This document shows positions 10,734 to 22,878 of a DNA stretch of 64,000 bases, piece by piece. Both the position numbers and the translations under genes were made by a program. This DNA comes from Trichosphaerium sp. ATCC 40318 (Eukaryota; Protista; Tubulinea). The notes below the pieces were generated by a model. It was given only the letters and a program-made list of their open reading frames with translations, did not search any database and was not told the DNA's origin. Positions within the stretch are counted from its first letter, which is position 1, and the number at the start of each line of letters is the position of its first letter. Location: assembly GCA_038496445.1 (NCBI GenBank), contig JALMLS010000276.1, positions 29,868 to 93,867 on the forward strand, read 5' to 3'.

Positions 10734-12809
10734 TTAAATCGAAAATATTTTTTGTTGGATGTTTTTGTAGTACCTTTGTTTTGATTTTTTTTCAGTTTTG
10801 ACTACATCTGCTTTACGCCATATATGCATAGGATAGAGCTTTGATAGTAATGTTGGATAGTAATTTGCAATTCCACCGCCACCCATTGATACTATATCAC
10901 TTTGAGATACACGAAGCCAATCACTTGGTGATTTCAGCAATAAACGTGCTTCAAGTGCTAGAAAAAACAAAAGAAATCAGCCACAACAACCAGCTTGTAT
11001 TTTTCGTTATGTATGTCAAACAGCCCAACTATGCGGTTGTAATAACCGTAGGAAGAGTTTTGAAGAGGTGCAATCAGAAGGATAAAAAAAGGAAAAAAAT
11101 GAGAATCCATGCGTACATTTAAGGAAGGCTAAAGCGTTTTCTGTAACTTGCCAGTACCCTTGCTTTACTTTTCTAGCAGGTGAAGATCTACAAATAAACT
11201 CATGAATAATTTTACTATTTTATCACGTGGGAACAAACAACGAACCTAAATCTTGATGAATCCCATTGGAACTTTGGATAAATAGTCTTTAACGCTTTTA
11301 ACATTGACTTGCCATACCTATGAAGAAACAAGTAAGGTCATTGATTGTGAGCGTAAATTTACCTCTCCATTAGCCCAGAGCCACCCATAGATACAATAAC
11401 GCGATATTTCACATCATACCAACCTGAAACTGTAGTGATACCAAATTCCTCAGCGACTTTGTCGAAAAAGGTTTCTTGATTTTGTAAATCGTCAAAATAT
11501 CGTTTCGGAACCATCCTAGTTTCATTCATCAACAACTTTTCAATCACCACAGATATGTTAAACGCATTCACAACGTACTCAAACTTTTCTATAGACCATT
11601 CGTATTCATTGTATATTGCACATAGTGCAGAAGAGAGTGTATTGTTGTGTCTATAAAAGAAGTTAATTCAAAGAGAAAAATGCAAAAAAAAACCCGAAAC
11701 GCACAGTGACAACACAGTACCACCTTGACGACATATTATATCTTTTGCATTTATACAATACCATTCATCCATACAGTATACATCTAATTCATGTCCAAGA
11801 CTATCAAAAAGAGAGCGCTGATTATCCATATTGTCCCAATATCCATCAGGAACTTGCTTCCTATTTGTTTTTAATTGTTTTTTTTGACATCTTAATTTCA
11901 GCTCATGGACGTACCATGATATGCCTTGATCCCTTTTATAGTTTTTATATGTGTCATTGAGCATAGTATATATTGAATTACCGCTCCTGATAAGGATATT
12001 AGGTAACTCTTGAATGAGAAAGTAAATGTCCAAACCTGAGCAGTAATCCACTTCCACCGCATTGTAGAATATCATGATGGGTACATTTAAGCCAGTCATC
12101 AAATATTTTGATACCAAGCTCTTCTGATATACCTTCCAAAGCATTTTTTCTATTACTAAGTACGTTCCAGTACGCTGAGGGCATCTTACTGTAAACATAA
12201 AAAATCAGTTTACAAAAAACTTTCATCAAAAAATTAAACTCAGAAAAGCAACCTCCCTCACTCTTAGATACCCATCTTTTATACCGTAGTCAGTATACAT
12301 TAATGATTATATACGTTGATTACAATATCACAGTGAAGGAGGCAACAGGCGAGGTGAGGCCTCGAAATTTTGGGTTTTGAAAAAACAAAAATCGTACGCA
12401 AACTTATATTTTTGCCAGGTGTATTGTGGATACACAGATGCAAGTGCAATGCTTAAACAGCCCCCATATCTAAGGCGGATTATAAATAAAGCGAATGACA
12501 CCTGTTTTACTCACTGTTGAAGCACTTGAACGCCTCCAGCTTCTTTTACTTTTTTGTATGTGACAGAATACCACTCGTTTAACGATTTTACGCCTAAGTT
12601 TTGTCCTACGCTATCAAGGACAACAGCTTGATTCTGTTTTTTGATCCAAAAGCCATTAGATCGCCTAACACGTATTAATTTCACGAAAATACACTGGCAA
12701 TGGGTGTGTGATGGTTTTAACGTGTGACATGGCAGGTTTGGCAGAATGCGTGCCTTGGTTTTTTAACAGCTCGTGGCTTTAGCGCTAAGCACACTCGCGG
12801 TGCGTTCAT
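10734..12809 (-). CDS. Uncharacterised tandem helical-repeat protein (about five GYW..N..F.D......W......I...GG..L...Y repeats), possible mitochondrial presequence
   Basis: Spliced exons give SNGFWIKKQNQ, PSAYWNVLSNR, PDGYWDNMDNQ, PKRYFDDLQNQ and KQGYWQVTENA repeat units. The N-terminus is basic and lacks acidic residues. Start codon uncertain. Confidence 0.7.
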
Positions 12810-13006
12810 GCGTCAACTAAGATTCTGGCGCAATCTACAAAATGCGAGTCTACAAAACAAATCCAACTGTAGTCAAACACCTATTAATGCGCTATAGTTG
12901 GTCTATCCTTACTTGCCAGCCAGGAAAGCTAAAGAACAAGTCAAGACGAGTACAGGCTGGCAATATTTTGCCCACACCACTCTATTTTTGAAAAAGGGTG
13001 TACACA

Positions 13007-15094
13007 ATGAGCTCCAGAGAGTACGAGAGAAACCTAAAACATGTTGAAGCGGAGAGACGTAAACCCGCAAACAGCGTTTGCATGGATTGCCCTATAAAGG
13101 TAACTGAACGCCTTTACCAAGTGAGATACACCATTAAAATCAACGTTAGGCGAATTACCTTAACATGACGCACAAAACGTTCATATGCATGTTGTGTAGT
13201 GGTATACAGTGCGTAATAATACTTTTGAGCAATATAACTGACATGCATAGCTCTGAATTCTCTCATCGCGTCAAAGGTATTACCATGACCAACTGGAAGG
13301 ACGCTGATGTAGTTGCAATAAAAGCCGGAGGAAATGAGGTTAGTTCTCATGAAATTGCATAGTAATTTGTTGTAATACATCTAACGCACGTAATTAGCTC
13401 GCCAGGAGTACATGGTTGGCAGAATGGCCAAAAGGTACGGCAGTTAAAACCGTTTATTTCAAAAGCACTAGATTTGACATCTAATAGGCAAGAAGTTACC
13501 TACAGAGAGGAAAGACATCAAAAATCACATAAACGACGTTTACATTAATAAAAAGTACCAAAAACCTTCCGTTACACCTTGAACGTACATCTAATTGATA
13601 CGCAGGTACTTCAAAGCCACAGTCCGAAAAACGAAGAAAAAGAAATCGACTCAACCAGCAGCCACCACGTCTGCCCCAACTGCTACGCCTACAATGAGTG
13701 TACCTATAGCTCAAAACCCAGTTGCAACACCACAACCAACAGGTACGCCGAAAGCAAACGCCGAAAACCGAAATTTGCAACTGATTTGTTTTATTACTTT
13801 AAAATGCGCCATCAATGTCTGCCAACGCTGTGGGGTAACTGTATATTACATTCCAAATCAAAACAACCTTTTTATTGGGCTTTAAGGCTGCTGAGAAGCA
13901 GAATCTCACGGCGACATTTCTCAACAAAAAAAGTTGATTGAATTGATTTCTTTTTTCTTCGTTCGCAACGTAACGTGCTTCAAAGGGTTTCTTTTTTCTT
14001 CTATGACTCACAGGGTATTTAGTTGGGAATCTTCTCGATTTTGGTATGCCTTCCACAACGACTAATAATACAGCACCATCACCAGCGCCTACACAACTTT
14101 TACCTGATTTTTTAAGCGATTTTACAGCACCACCAGTTACCAACACTCAGCAACCTCCTGGGCAGCTAATGGGCGGATTTGGTAGCCCTACTATGTTCTC
14201 AAGTGTTACACCAGCTCCACCACACAACACCCCAGTTGTACGTGTACAAGCGAAAAACCAACAAACGGGTCTCATTTTTTTCTATATAATTGTGCCTCTG
14301 TCCTCCCTTTTTTTTATGAATTCTTGTCCTTATTTAATTACTAGGCTATTGGTGCACAGTTTCCAGCTAGCTTTGGAAATTTATCTACATCTCCTAATGT
14401 TCAAGGTACACAAGGAGTACCAGGCCAAACACCGCCTACAAATGTTCACCCTGCGAATGATCCTTTTGGACTCGGTATAGGCACAACAGCACCTATGCAG
14501 ATGCCTCAAGCACGAGGCATTGTAGTCAATAGTACGTAGAATAAAATGAAAATCTATTTATTGTTACAGGCGCTTGGATACACAACCAACCGTTTGTTTT
14601 GTATTGACATTTTGTTTGTATTTTTTGTGTTTCGTTACTGACTTGTTTTAGCACCTCATAATACCCCAAGTACTGGAAACACACCTTCTGGAGGTTCTCT
14701 TGATTTCAGTTGGCTTGGTAATTATAAAGAGGACCCTACAGCGCGTGATAGGATAATAGCAAAGAAATTACAACAAGAAGAAGAAAAAAGAGCTAAAGAA
14801 GAGGAACAAAAAAGAAAAGCTGCTGAAGAGAAGAAGCGAAGAAGGTTAGCTAGAAAGCAAGCCAAAGCAGCTAGTAAAACCCAAGTTGATGATGATATGG
14901 CTCTTGCCATGAAGCTTCAACAAGAAGAGTACGAAAGAGAGAGAAGGCGAAGGTAAGCTGGTTTTTATGCTGTTGCAACAGAAGTCAAGTTTTGATGTTT
15001 TTTGTTTAGAGGTGGAGGCCGTTCTCAACAAGAGATATCTGATGCTGAATTAGCTAGGCGTCTACAAGCACAATTTCAGCTTGGTGATAACTAA
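13007..15094 (+). CDS. ArfGAP-domain protein (AGFG/Hrb-like) with a low-complexity middle, a coiled coil and C-terminal ubiquitin-binding-like motifs
   Basis: NSVCMDC...TFICMLCSG...HRVKGITM...GGNE zinc finger; P/T/Q-rich linker; DMALAMKLQQEE and DAELARRLQAQF motifs. Confidence 0.85.
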
Positions 15095-15328
15095 ACTCTG
15101 AGAGATGTGTAGAAAAATAAAAGCGAGGAGCGCTGCTGTATTGATAAACAAAAAAAAAAAATTTAAACACCATTTGCAAGTTTTGTCTTAGCAAAGTCCT
15201 GACTTTGACTGGAGTGTCAAAAACACTCAAGGTTTATCTATGACTCAAGGTTAGTTTAAGGCTCAGCAGTATCTGCTAAGGCATGGTTTGTTAAGCAACC
15301 TCAGCACCACAATTCCTACGTAAAAAGA

Positions 15329-16730
15329 ATGCTTGGTGCAGAAACGGAGTACGTTTTTACCGTGGAACGAAATGGTTCAATTTTAACATATTAACGAACT
15401 CTTTTATCTAATTGTTGTAATAAGGCCATTGGAATTGCTGTATCTGCCTACAGAAATTATATTTTGTATTCTGGCGTTTTTGGACAAGAAATGCCGTGTA
15501 TCTGCAACGTTTGTATGTAAACTGTTTTCTACAATCATTTTAGAGCATTTGGGGTATAAAGCGGTTACAGTAAAGTCTAAAAAGAATCTACACAAACTAT
15601 GTGGAAGCCCTCTTTTAAAAAATACAAAAGTATTTATTTCCGACATTTCTATGACTGATGATGACTTCAAAAACGTCTCTGGTGTTAATCACCTTGAAAT
15701 AAATAGTAACTTGTCAGTAACAGATACCATGTTGGAGCATATATCAGGTGTACATCACCTGAAACTAAATGTACAATCGGTTAAAGTTGAATGCAATTTT
15801 ACATGTCTTGGATTTAAATCACTTCGTGGTGTTCATACACTACTACTATCAGGATTCAAGTTAAAAGATGAATGGCTTCAAGGACTTGGTGGTGTCCACA
15901 CAATTGATGTTTCACGTACAGGTATAACAGATAAAGGACTTGCAGCCCTCTCTGGAGTTCATACTATTAATTTGGATTATTGTTACGATTTCACTGATGA
16001 AGGTGTTGCCAGTTTAGGTAATGTACACAAGATACAGTTTACCTATAGTAGTATTACAGATAAAAGTGTAAAATCACTAACAAATGCAAGTGAAATAGCC
16101 CTTTGCAGTTGTTACAACATTACAGATGAAGGAGTAAAGTATCTACTAACACAAAATCAAAAAACAAACAAGATTAAAAAAATTAGTATTGAATGTTGCT
16201 CACGCTTATCAAACAATGTGTTTAAACTTCTTGCTGGTATACCTTGGATAGAGTTGTATGGTTCTGTACAACTAAAAGATGATACCTTATCATGTTTGGT
16301 AGGAGTACAACATATTGACTTGGGTGGATGTAAATCTGTAACAAATGATGGGATAAAACAATTGGCAGGTGTAAAAGCAATTGGTCTTGCAAATCTTGAT
16401 TGTGTTGATGACAGTACCTTGAAGGTACTTGCTGGAGTACATTCAATATTTCTTGGAGAGACATCTGTGACAGATAAGGGTTTAGGCTACTTAGTTGGTG
16501 TTAAAGTAATAGAACTTGCGGAATGTGAGCTCATTACTGACAAAGGAGTGAACAGACTTATTGGTGTTAAGAAACTTGATCTAGAAGGCTGCAAGCAAAT
16601 AACAGATGATGGAGTTGGTAATTTAACAAGCCTTGATGTAATTAACATTGTTGATACTCAAATAACACAACAAATGGTTGATTATCTAGGATGCACGTGC
16701 AGTGATGAATACATGTGGCCAACATTTTAA
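15329..16730 (+). CDS. F-box/LRR protein (long type) with one short 5' intron
   Basis: No in-frame ATG precedes the F-box. Mini-exon 15329-15348 spliced via GTACGT...AAG (15349-15424) restores the frame (MLGAETEPLELLYLPTE). More than ten LxGVHxIxL...ITDxG repeats follow. Confidence 0.85.
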
Positions 16731-17111
16731 TGGTATTGTCAGCTATCTTGAACCCAAGCACCGAGTCAACAACAGTGCTTAGCTGTAAAAGTGTTGTATA
16801 TTACAAGTAAAACCAATAAATCTACTTAGCTCAAGCCACCTTACTGTTGTTATAGCCTACACATAATAACCCTAGCCCTTCGTATGGCTTGTCTGCACAA
16901 TAAAACGTGTTTTCTGGTTATTTTGCTCTGCCTCACAGAACGATTGATCTTCATTGTGCACCATTTAGCTGCTGGAGGTAGTAGATCATTAGTCTTATGA
17001 GACAGAATGCAACGCTTGGAGTAGAGTTTTCATGTGTTCGGCTATTTTTAGAGTAGTTTTTTGTGTTTTAAGTAATTTTTGCCTTCGCTGGGTGTTCTCT
17101 TCTACCTGCCA

Positions 17112-19470
17112 ATGAAGATATTGAGGTATTGTGGAAACACGTGTATTCCAATTATGACAGATGTGAGTTTTACCGGTTCGTGTACTTCCGGGCTCGCTTG
17201 TCTCGACGCCATCACGACTTAAGACAATTCGCGGTTAAGTATAAAACCCAACAATACTACCAATTCAGTTATTAATTAAGACCATAACGAGCTACAAATA
17301 TAAATGAATAAAGAGGAAACTTCCTTGGATGTAAAGAATGCTGTATGGGAATTTTTCTTCCACAGAAACTCCCGTGTTATAGCTTACGTTGTTTTAGAAG
17401 GCTACGAAGATACAACGCTTATTTAGAAGCTACAGCGCGCGTAAAAAAGGCAAAGACTTGAGTACGTCAAAGCTACAATAAATTAACAACAAAACGAGGG
17501 AGAATTATGGCGATTCGCTGTATGATGTGCTTATTTTTTTCTAGTTTTGTTACACGTGCGACGAACCTGTATTGCCCAAGAAATGCTTGAAACAGAAAGA
17601 AATTACGTAGATCATCTTACCATGCTAACATCGGTACGAAAAAGGAAGTTTCACATGTTTTTTTTTTTTTTTTTTTTTTGTGTCACGTGATTGACTTTTT
17701 CTTCTAGATTTTCTATAAACCTATGAAGTTACAAGGTGTTCTTAATGAACAAGAAATGGATGCGATTTTTATGAATGTACAAGATATTTTACGTATGCAC
17801 AGGGTAAGATCTTTTATTTAAACTAGTTTTAAGACGCTTGACTGATGTTCTTCTTAAGCGGATTCTAGAACAATTAGAATATAAATTAAAGAGGTGGGGT
17901 CATCAACAAACCCTAGGAGATATTTTTACTAATGCTATAAGCGATTTTTCGATGTACAAGGTAAGTTAAAACAACACAACACTCAAGTGGAAAAACTTTT
18001 TTTTTTTTTCAGCTTTTAATTCTTTTTTTGTAGACGTACGCACTACGATACCCTGATGCCAGAAAGACTTATAAAAGATTAAATAAGGAATCTATTGTAT
18101 TTAGAGACTTTCTAAAGGTACATATTGTAACGCTATGCGGAGTCACAACTCACTTTTTTAATTCAGATTGCTTTGTCAAGTCCAATGTGCTTGAAATACG
18201 ACTTTGCTGATTTCTTGATAACACCAATTCAACGGTACCTATCTTCGCTTTCATAACGTCTAGAAACACTAGTCTGACAATTGTATTTAGGTTACCTAGA
18301 TATGCGTTATTACTTGCAGTACGTGTGAAAGCATCAGTCAATGTTGTTCAAAAAAGATCGTTAAACTGGAACTCAAACTAACCACCAGTTTACAAGTTAA
18401 TCTGTAAATCTGGTGATCTTTGATGCTCTATGTTGAAGCTAACTTGAGGACAACTTGATTGACTTTTAGATTATTTTATATGCTGACAATTCGTTAGAAA
18501 ATGAAAAACACAACGGATATTCTTCATCCTGATTTTAATTATTGTCGTGTTGCTGTAAATCGATTACAGCTAGTACTCACATATATGAATCTATCTGCAG
18601 CTAGAACACGTGACAATGAGATAACAAGCGACAAGGTCCAAGAAATGTTCAATAAAATACCTAGACGAGTAGTACGTTACAACGTAGTTCTTGTGCCGCT
18701 TCTGACTTGTTCTAACAGTGTCAACAAATTGAAAAGTCTAATCTTGACAACTACCTCTACGAAGGACCCCTGGAACATGTTGATAATGTAACCAGTAAGA
18801 GGACTTCATTGTATGGATTCTTGTTCAAGGAGACGTTGATATTAGCGAAACACATCAAACGTATGAACATTAAGTTCTTTTTTTTTTACTGATATTTTTT
18901 TTAGCTGGAATTTTTGGGAGGACAAAGCTTCGGTATCGCCTCACTGGATATAAATTTAGTTCTGCCACTAGCGTAAGACTAACAAATTACGATATTCTAC
19001 CAAGAATGAAAGGTTCGTAGTCCCACAAAACATACACAAACAAACAGAGAAAAATACTTTATTTCTTTGGTTTTTTTTATTTAAAAGTACTTGCTCTTGT
19101 CAGTACTCACGTGCCTCAATTTATGCGAGATTCTGCTTTATTTGTTACCCTATTTTCTTCCATTTAACTATACACTTTTGGAACGGCTGTCACCTTCGGG
19201 TAGGTACTTACATTGTTTTGTTTAGGGATAAAAAACGCTTTTGAATTGATGCATACAAACCCAGGTCATCAATCTTTTATTCTGGTTGCACCTTCAAGAT
19301 CAATAAGAAATGAATGGGTTAGTAAACTTAATAAAAAGAGACGTCTTGATTGTCATTATTCAAGACTTACAAGAGCAATGCATATATCATCTGAAGAACC
19401 AAAAAACAAAACTCCAAGCCTAGTTCAAAACAAATGTAAAAAAAGAACTTTCGAAATAATCACTAAATAA
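17112..19470 (+). CDS. DH-PH RhoGEF, multi-exon
   Basis: EMLETERNYVDHL, IFMNVQDI, LGDIF and FLITPIQRLPRY DH motifs, then a PH domain (YEGPL, FLFKETLIL, RNEWVSKL). Start codon approximate. Confidence 0.85.
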
Positions 19471-19619
19471 ACAAACACGTGTACACTGCTCTTCCCAGAT
19501 TGTATGTAGTACGTTGTAAGATATGTACGCGAAACACATTGCTAAGCTGTTTGAGCCATTAGTCTTGACCAATTCATGTACGTTATTTGGGAGCCTTTGT
19601 TTATTGTTTGTCAAGGATT

Positions 19620-20130
19620 AGATCTGACAGCTAGTGACTTGTGATACCTTTTTGGTGTTCATAGCATATCTCTGCACCAAGCTACTATAACTGATGGAGG
19701 TATAATCGAATTAGTGCAACAAGGAAAGCACACCATTCACGACATCGATTTGTCCCACATAGAGATTACAGATTCTTGATTGATTGCACTCAGAGTTGTT
19801 CACAATTAATATTATGGGTTGCCGCAAGATTAGTGTTGACACAAATAAAGGCACTGTACATGAAATTAGAATCGATCCAAAAGAGTCATGGCTCAAACAT
19901 CTTGGGAATGTACACTATTTATGTTAAGTGGGATCTCGATAACTGACAATGCACTGAATTTATTGATCAAAGGGAAGAAGTTATATTTGAGTGCTTGTCT
20001 AAAGAAAACAGACCAAGGGTTCCACAATTTAAATAATCTTGAATAACGCTCAATTTTTGTAGTTTACTTACAAACGATTGTTTGAAACACTTACCTTCTC
20101 TCAAAACAATTAAAACCGTGAGGAATTGGG
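19620..20130 (+). pseudogene. Decayed F-box/LRR family fragment
   Basis: GKHTIH, LIALR and DPKESWLKHLGNVH remnants with stops and frameshifts; 61 bp identical to 2868-2928. Confidence 0.85.
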
Positions 20131-20374
20131 TATAACTTGGATATGAAATAGTGTTTTTGAATGAGTACTATCATAAGCTCTAATGGTACTGAATGCTGAC
20201 AACTGTGTTAGCTGCAATGACGTTACACAGCAGTAAGAGTTATAAGAGGATATTTGGTACGATTTTGACTTTGTATTTTGTGAACCTTGGTGTTGAGGTT
20301 GTTGGTATTTAGCCTCCATAATGTTGTTGTCAAGAATCAAATAAACACGTTTTATTGTTAAGGTTTATTCCTGA

Positions 20375-21539
20375 CTATACTTGTGCAAGTCCCATACCGC
20401 CATCAACGCTGAAATGCGATCCGGTAATATACTGACTCTGGTCAGACAAGAGAAAAACAGCCATCTGAGCAATTTCATCAGTTTTACCAAGCCTCTTTAT
20501 CATTGGCTTTTGACTACAGGAAAAAAGTAAGAATAATAATTATGGCGGTAACTACAAAAAAATTAACATACGCTACCATATCGAAAACTTCCTCAGGTAC
20601 TTCACCAAGAATCTCAGTTCTTATTGGTCCAGGACGGATTGAGTTTACAGTAATACCACATTCAGCAGTTTCCTTTGCAACACACTAACATAGAAAAGAG
20701 ACTTAGGTATATTGTAAAGGTGCTAAAGCACGTACTCTTGTTATAGCATCCAAAGCTGCTTTACTAGCTACATAACCAGAGAACCCAGGGTATGCCTAAG
20801 TCATAAAAAGTAAGATACGTTGGGCACAAGGTAATTGAGAGAAGAACTTACCATTGGCACAGTACATGAGCTGTTGTTGACTATACTCCCGCCAGGTGGT
20901 TGCTGTTTCTTCATCTGCTCAACTTGGTACTTAATACACCATACAGCACCCTTGATGTTAATATTGTATAGGCTCTACAACAACGCTACGGTAAGTACTT
21001 TTCGATGCATTGAAAAAAAAAGTACATACATCAAGTTGAGCTTCAGTAACGTTTTCAATTGTTTCCATTTTACCAAGAATACCTGCATTATTGAACTAAA
21101 CAAAACATCTTAGTACCCTTATGAGAGATAATACATACAGCGCCGTCAATCCTGCCAAATGTTTCAACAGTCTTGTTAACATAATTCTTAACATCTGTTT
21201 GGAATACCGTTAGTTAGAGATTCTCTAGCGACATTTGTGTGTTTACCTTGTTCCTTTGATACATCACAAACTGTGAATAAAGCAGTACCTCCGTTCTTTT
21301 CAATCTCAGCTACGACTTCATCACCACGTTCTTTACGTCTTCCGCACAAAGATACTTTTGCTCCTTTAACACACAGTGTCAATTACTAGTTCTCTAAAGC
21401 GTCCAGTACCTTCTGCTGCGCATTTGATGGCCGTGTCTCTTCCAATACCGGATGTTGCACCAGTGACCTTAAAAATAATTAAAGTGAGAACACGTGATAT
21501 AACCAAGGTGTCTACCATTATAACTTTGTTTGAAAGCAT
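20375..21539 (-). CDS. Classical short-chain dehydrogenase/reductase, many short introns
   Basis: TGATSGIG, CDVS, NNAG, YVASK catalytic motif, VNSIRPG, ITGSHFSVDGG. Confidence 0.93.
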
Positions 21540-21610
21540 CTTTATGTTGAGTATGAGCTGTTGTTTCGTTTGTTGGAAAGTTTGAATAGATGACTTATGT
21601 TTAAGCAAGA

Positions 21611-21663
21611 TTCCGCGGAAATTGCGGAGCGGACCTATTACGCGGAAAACATTCCGCTTCCGA
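21611..21663. promoter_or_regulatory. Cluster of GCGGA/TCCGC half-sites, including palindrome TTCCGCGGAA, upstream of the SDR gene
   Basis: Six GCGGA/TCCGC pentamers in ~50 bp of AT-rich DNA, 70-120 bp upstream of the SDR ATG. Confidence 0.5.
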
Positions 21664-22000
21664 GGAGTAAGGATCTTAAAAACTGAAAAAATATGGAAAC
21701 AGAGTTCAGAACCTGTAAAGTACAATCCAATCGATAAAATACCTAAAGTTCTGGGAAATTCTATAAGATGAGTTTTGACAAGTGTATCAAACTTTCACAA
21801 CAATTTCATAAAACGAACATATATTTTTTTGCAAACACGTGATTTATAGTCCGCTTTAAAAATCCATCCAACATGAATGGTCTCTATTCTTGTACTTTAC
21901 TCTATTTTATGCGTATACTCTATCGCTAGCACCATAGATCCAGAACTCTTCATGTAAAAAGATGGTCAAGTTTGTTGTGATACTCTCAAGTATAAAGCTG

Positions 22001-22834
22001 TCAAAACCATTTTATACCCAATGCCTCAACATTTTTCCTTGTAATCTGATTGCAACCTACAGCTTTAAGTGATTTGAGTGATATCATGTACTGCAAACAA
22101 CGATATGTTATCTTAGCGCAGCTGTCTAAGTCCATATGCTGAAGATTTATCAAATGCTTAACACCTGAGTCTGTTATTGTATCACAATGATACAAACGTA
22201 AATGCTTGACATTGATCAATGATTTAATTCCATCATCTGTTACTGAGTACCCACCATAAATAGTAACAGTATGTACATTCCCAAGATGTTTGAGCCAAGA
22301 TTCTCTTGGGTCGCTGAGTGATATATTATGAGCATCTTTAAGTGCCTTTATTCCTTCAATAGTAATATTGCAACTATACAGATTAATTGTGTGTACACCT
22401 CTGAGTGCAATCAATGAAACATCTGTTATATCTGTCGATGCTAAGTTAATGGTGTGAATGGTGTGCTTTCCTTCTTGTATTAATGCAAGAATACAATCAT
22501 CTGTGATGTTTGTAAAAGATAAATCTATGTTTTGAACACCAGAAAGATAACTCAACTCATCACGTGATAGATTCCAAAAACTACAATCAATGGTCGTGTT
22601 TTTCAATAGTGGACTACTTCTAAGTGTTGGCAAATCTGATGCACTTGCTGAGAGTCGATGAAAGCCAATATTGTTGCGAATGATGTTGTTAAATGTGTGG
22701 GAAACCGCAGACGCAATAATACGATACGCTCTGTGTAAATAATGTAGAATATGCGTTAACATCTCCGGTGGTAATTCTTCCAACGATTTCTCTTGGTTTA
22801 CTTTAATAAAGCTCTGTTTCTGTGCTCTAGACAT
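22001..22834 (-). CDS. F-box/LRR protein (short type), intronless
   Basis: LPPEMLTHILHYL F-box, SPLLKNT linker, LRRs. Confidence 0.9.
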   Translation of the reverse strand: MSRAQKQSFIKVNQEKSLEELPPEMLTHILHYLHRAYRIIASAVSHTFNNIIRNNIGFHRLSASASDLPTLRSSPLLKNTTIDCSFWNLSRDELSYLSGVQNIDLSFTNITDDCILALIQEGKHTIHTINLASTDITDVSLIALRGVHTINLYSCNITIEGIKALKDAHNISLSDPRESWLKHLGNVHTVTIYGGYSVTDDGIKSLINVKHLRLYHCDTITDSGVKHLINLQHMDLDSCAKITYRCLQYMISLKSLKAVGCNQITRKNVEALGIKWF

Positions 22835-22878
22835 AATTAAGGACGTATTGGATTGTTAGCTCAGCACAGCTAAATCAA

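Noticed and set aside
13870-13915. TPP riboswitch (GCTGAGA motif)
   Set aside because: The downstream conserved ACCTGA and P4/P5 elements are absent.
15240-15310. Shared TCAGCA/TGCTGA motif upstream of F-box/LRR genes
   Set aside because: Seen near some copies only and also elsewhere; too short to call without statistics.
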